Below are positions 62,095 through 64,000 of a stretch of DNA of 64,000 nucleotides, in pieces. A model generated the notes under the pieces. It was not told where the DNA came from. It made no database searches and saw nothing but the letters and a program-made list of their open reading frames with translations. The first letter of the stretch is position 1, and each line of letters starts with the position of its first letter. The position numbers and the translations under genes are program-made. This stretch comes from Mizuhopecten yessoensis (Eukaryota). Location of the stretch: the NCBI RefSeq assembly GCF_002113885.1, contig NW_018403913.1, positions 574,490 through 638,489 on the forward strand, in the 5' to 3' direction.

Positions 62095-64000
62095 CACAGG
62101 ATGGAGGACCTTTGTCCAAACACAAAGAACCTGTAGGAAAATCAAAGGAACACTGAGAAGCAGCTGAAATCTAGTCATTCTCGAGGCTTATCAAATTACG
62201 TACCCGGAGTCGGATCTAGATCGGTCTACAGCAAGTAGGCCACAGCGTGTGAATCTCTTGCTACCATTGAGAAAACTTTTTGTGATGAGCGTGAAAACCA
62301 TTCCTTGCTGTGATTTGTTTTGTCGGGAGAAACTCATTAACTAGGTATGCACATTTAGTTCATGTCTAACAGTGTTGTCGATATGGATCATAACTCATTC
62401 ATATACATCTCAGGCATTAATCGCTGACACAACCAACATATAGGAACATATATGGAACAGATGCCGTAGGCCTACATGATAATAAGTGACAAAGGACAAG
62501 TGAACTTTAAACCAAGGATACAAGTTTAATTTATAGAATATTTAACATTAGAATATTTAACATTATGTTGAAAAATGCACCAGAGACGTTTATACTACTA
62601 TATGTCTCTGATACAACTATACAAATTAATCAGAATGTTGAATTGTGATTTACCTACTTTTTAATTTCTTGGAATTCCGTGTACATTATATCAATCAAAA
62701 TTACTCCTAAATTGAAGCTGACAACGCTAGATAAGAACCACCGATGAGCATTACAAATAACATATACCCTATCCCAAGATGAAATGTATTAATTTTTTGT
62801 TTACAAAAAATATTTTTTCAACATATTAGATAGCTTACAAATCTGACCCCATGCTACTTTAAGTCACCTCTTACATGTAAATTGCTTGGACGATAATATA
62901 ACCTACAGAATTTCTACTGGTGAATTTGTTTATGTCTGTGCCAACCTGATGACAGTCTTATAAAGTATATATGTGCTTTGGAGAGTTTTGTTTTTCACTG
63001 ATAGAAGATAATTCACCAGATGATATACCAACCGTCAATACTCTGGAAAATCTTTTTCTTGGTTACAATAGAATATTGGAGTCAGCAAGGGGATCATTAC
63101 CTCCCCTTGCTATCATTGTCTTCACCTGAGATACCATTTCATTTGTAAGAAAATGTTGGTTCTTACCTTGCATTGTAACCTTATAGATACCAAGGTAGTA
63201 GGAATAGGATAAGATGATAAATATTGTGATGAGAATCTGTTCATGTTGAAAAACATTTTTTTTGTACCTTTTTCAAGGAGATAAATGTTGTATGGTACTC
63301 CAAACTACCACTGGCATAAATATGGGTTATAGTATTAGGTTGTGCATGTAGTATATGTTAATTTATTTTCATGACTGTGGTGTTGACTGCAGACTTCAGT
63401 TAAGTGTAGAGGATGGGCGTACCTTGCTAACTGCTGTTTATTTTACATACAAACAAATTCTTATGCAGATAATTGATATATTCACAAAGGGCTACTCTTT
63501 AATAAATAATATCTGTACACTAGCTTGCTTTAAGACTCTAATTGCCTCGGACACAAAACAATTTATTCAACTCAGGTTAGTCATGATACAATTGTGGAAT
63601 TTCACAACGTTACACGTTTGGACGATGATTATCGTTGTTGGTGTAAATGGAGAAATGGTTTAACAATATATACGGTTTCGTGTTTAAACACATCAATTAA
63701 TTTTGAAGTATGTTTCTATATTATAGCTACATACAGTATATAAGCTGATCTTTCTATTTATATTTTCTTAAATTTGGGGATGGACTAAATCGACACATGT
63801 AAAATTATAACACAGCTGTAGCTGGTCAAGGTGTGATAAACCAGGTGAAGGGGAGCTATAGACCAAAAAGAATGCAAATAAAAAATACTTAACGTCCACT
63901 TGTGTTTCCATAATGGTCATACGGTATCACATATATCAGCCCTCTTTGTCAGGCACAGGCCAGGTAAAACTCTGGTCAATGAAAATAATATTTACCTGTT

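Noticed and set aside
63060-63260. Minus-strand TM-like reading (ILITIFIILSYSYYLG)
   Set aside because: Bounded by stops, no start or consistent splice pattern, no recognisable domain

Overview
AT-rich, intron-containing animal genomic DNA. The SINE families, the TLR/SUEL-lectin content and the LINE types point to a mollusc, probably a bivalve (inference). I assembled five gene models by hand from GT-AG sites and frame continuity. (1) A 2-exon PQ-loop membrane transporter on the - strand (8696-7009). (2) A 4-exon SUEL/rhamnose-binding lectin with a signal peptide, an extra Cys-rich module and a hydrophobic GPI-like tail (+, 19819-23881). (3) A single-coding-exon Toll-like receptor with a frameshift just before the TIR domain and a furin-type RKRR site in a non-LRR insert (+, 25842-28456). 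(4) A 6-exon, ~372-aa unrecognised basic/acidic disordered protein ending in a CCVIL CaaX box (+, 34998-52918). (5) TUSC2/FUS1 (+, 59554-62094). Between the genes lie decayed LINEs, tRNA-derived SINEs, MITEs with visible target-site duplications, Penelope-type minimal hammerhead ribozyme remnants, and several minisatellites. One minisatellite is a 2.36-kb 15-bp array with two higher-order patterns that reads stop-free as (N[G/D]THY)n or (M[V/I]PTT)n. No prokaryotic features, CRISPR arrays, rRNA genes or intact tRNA genes were seen. No database searches were run.
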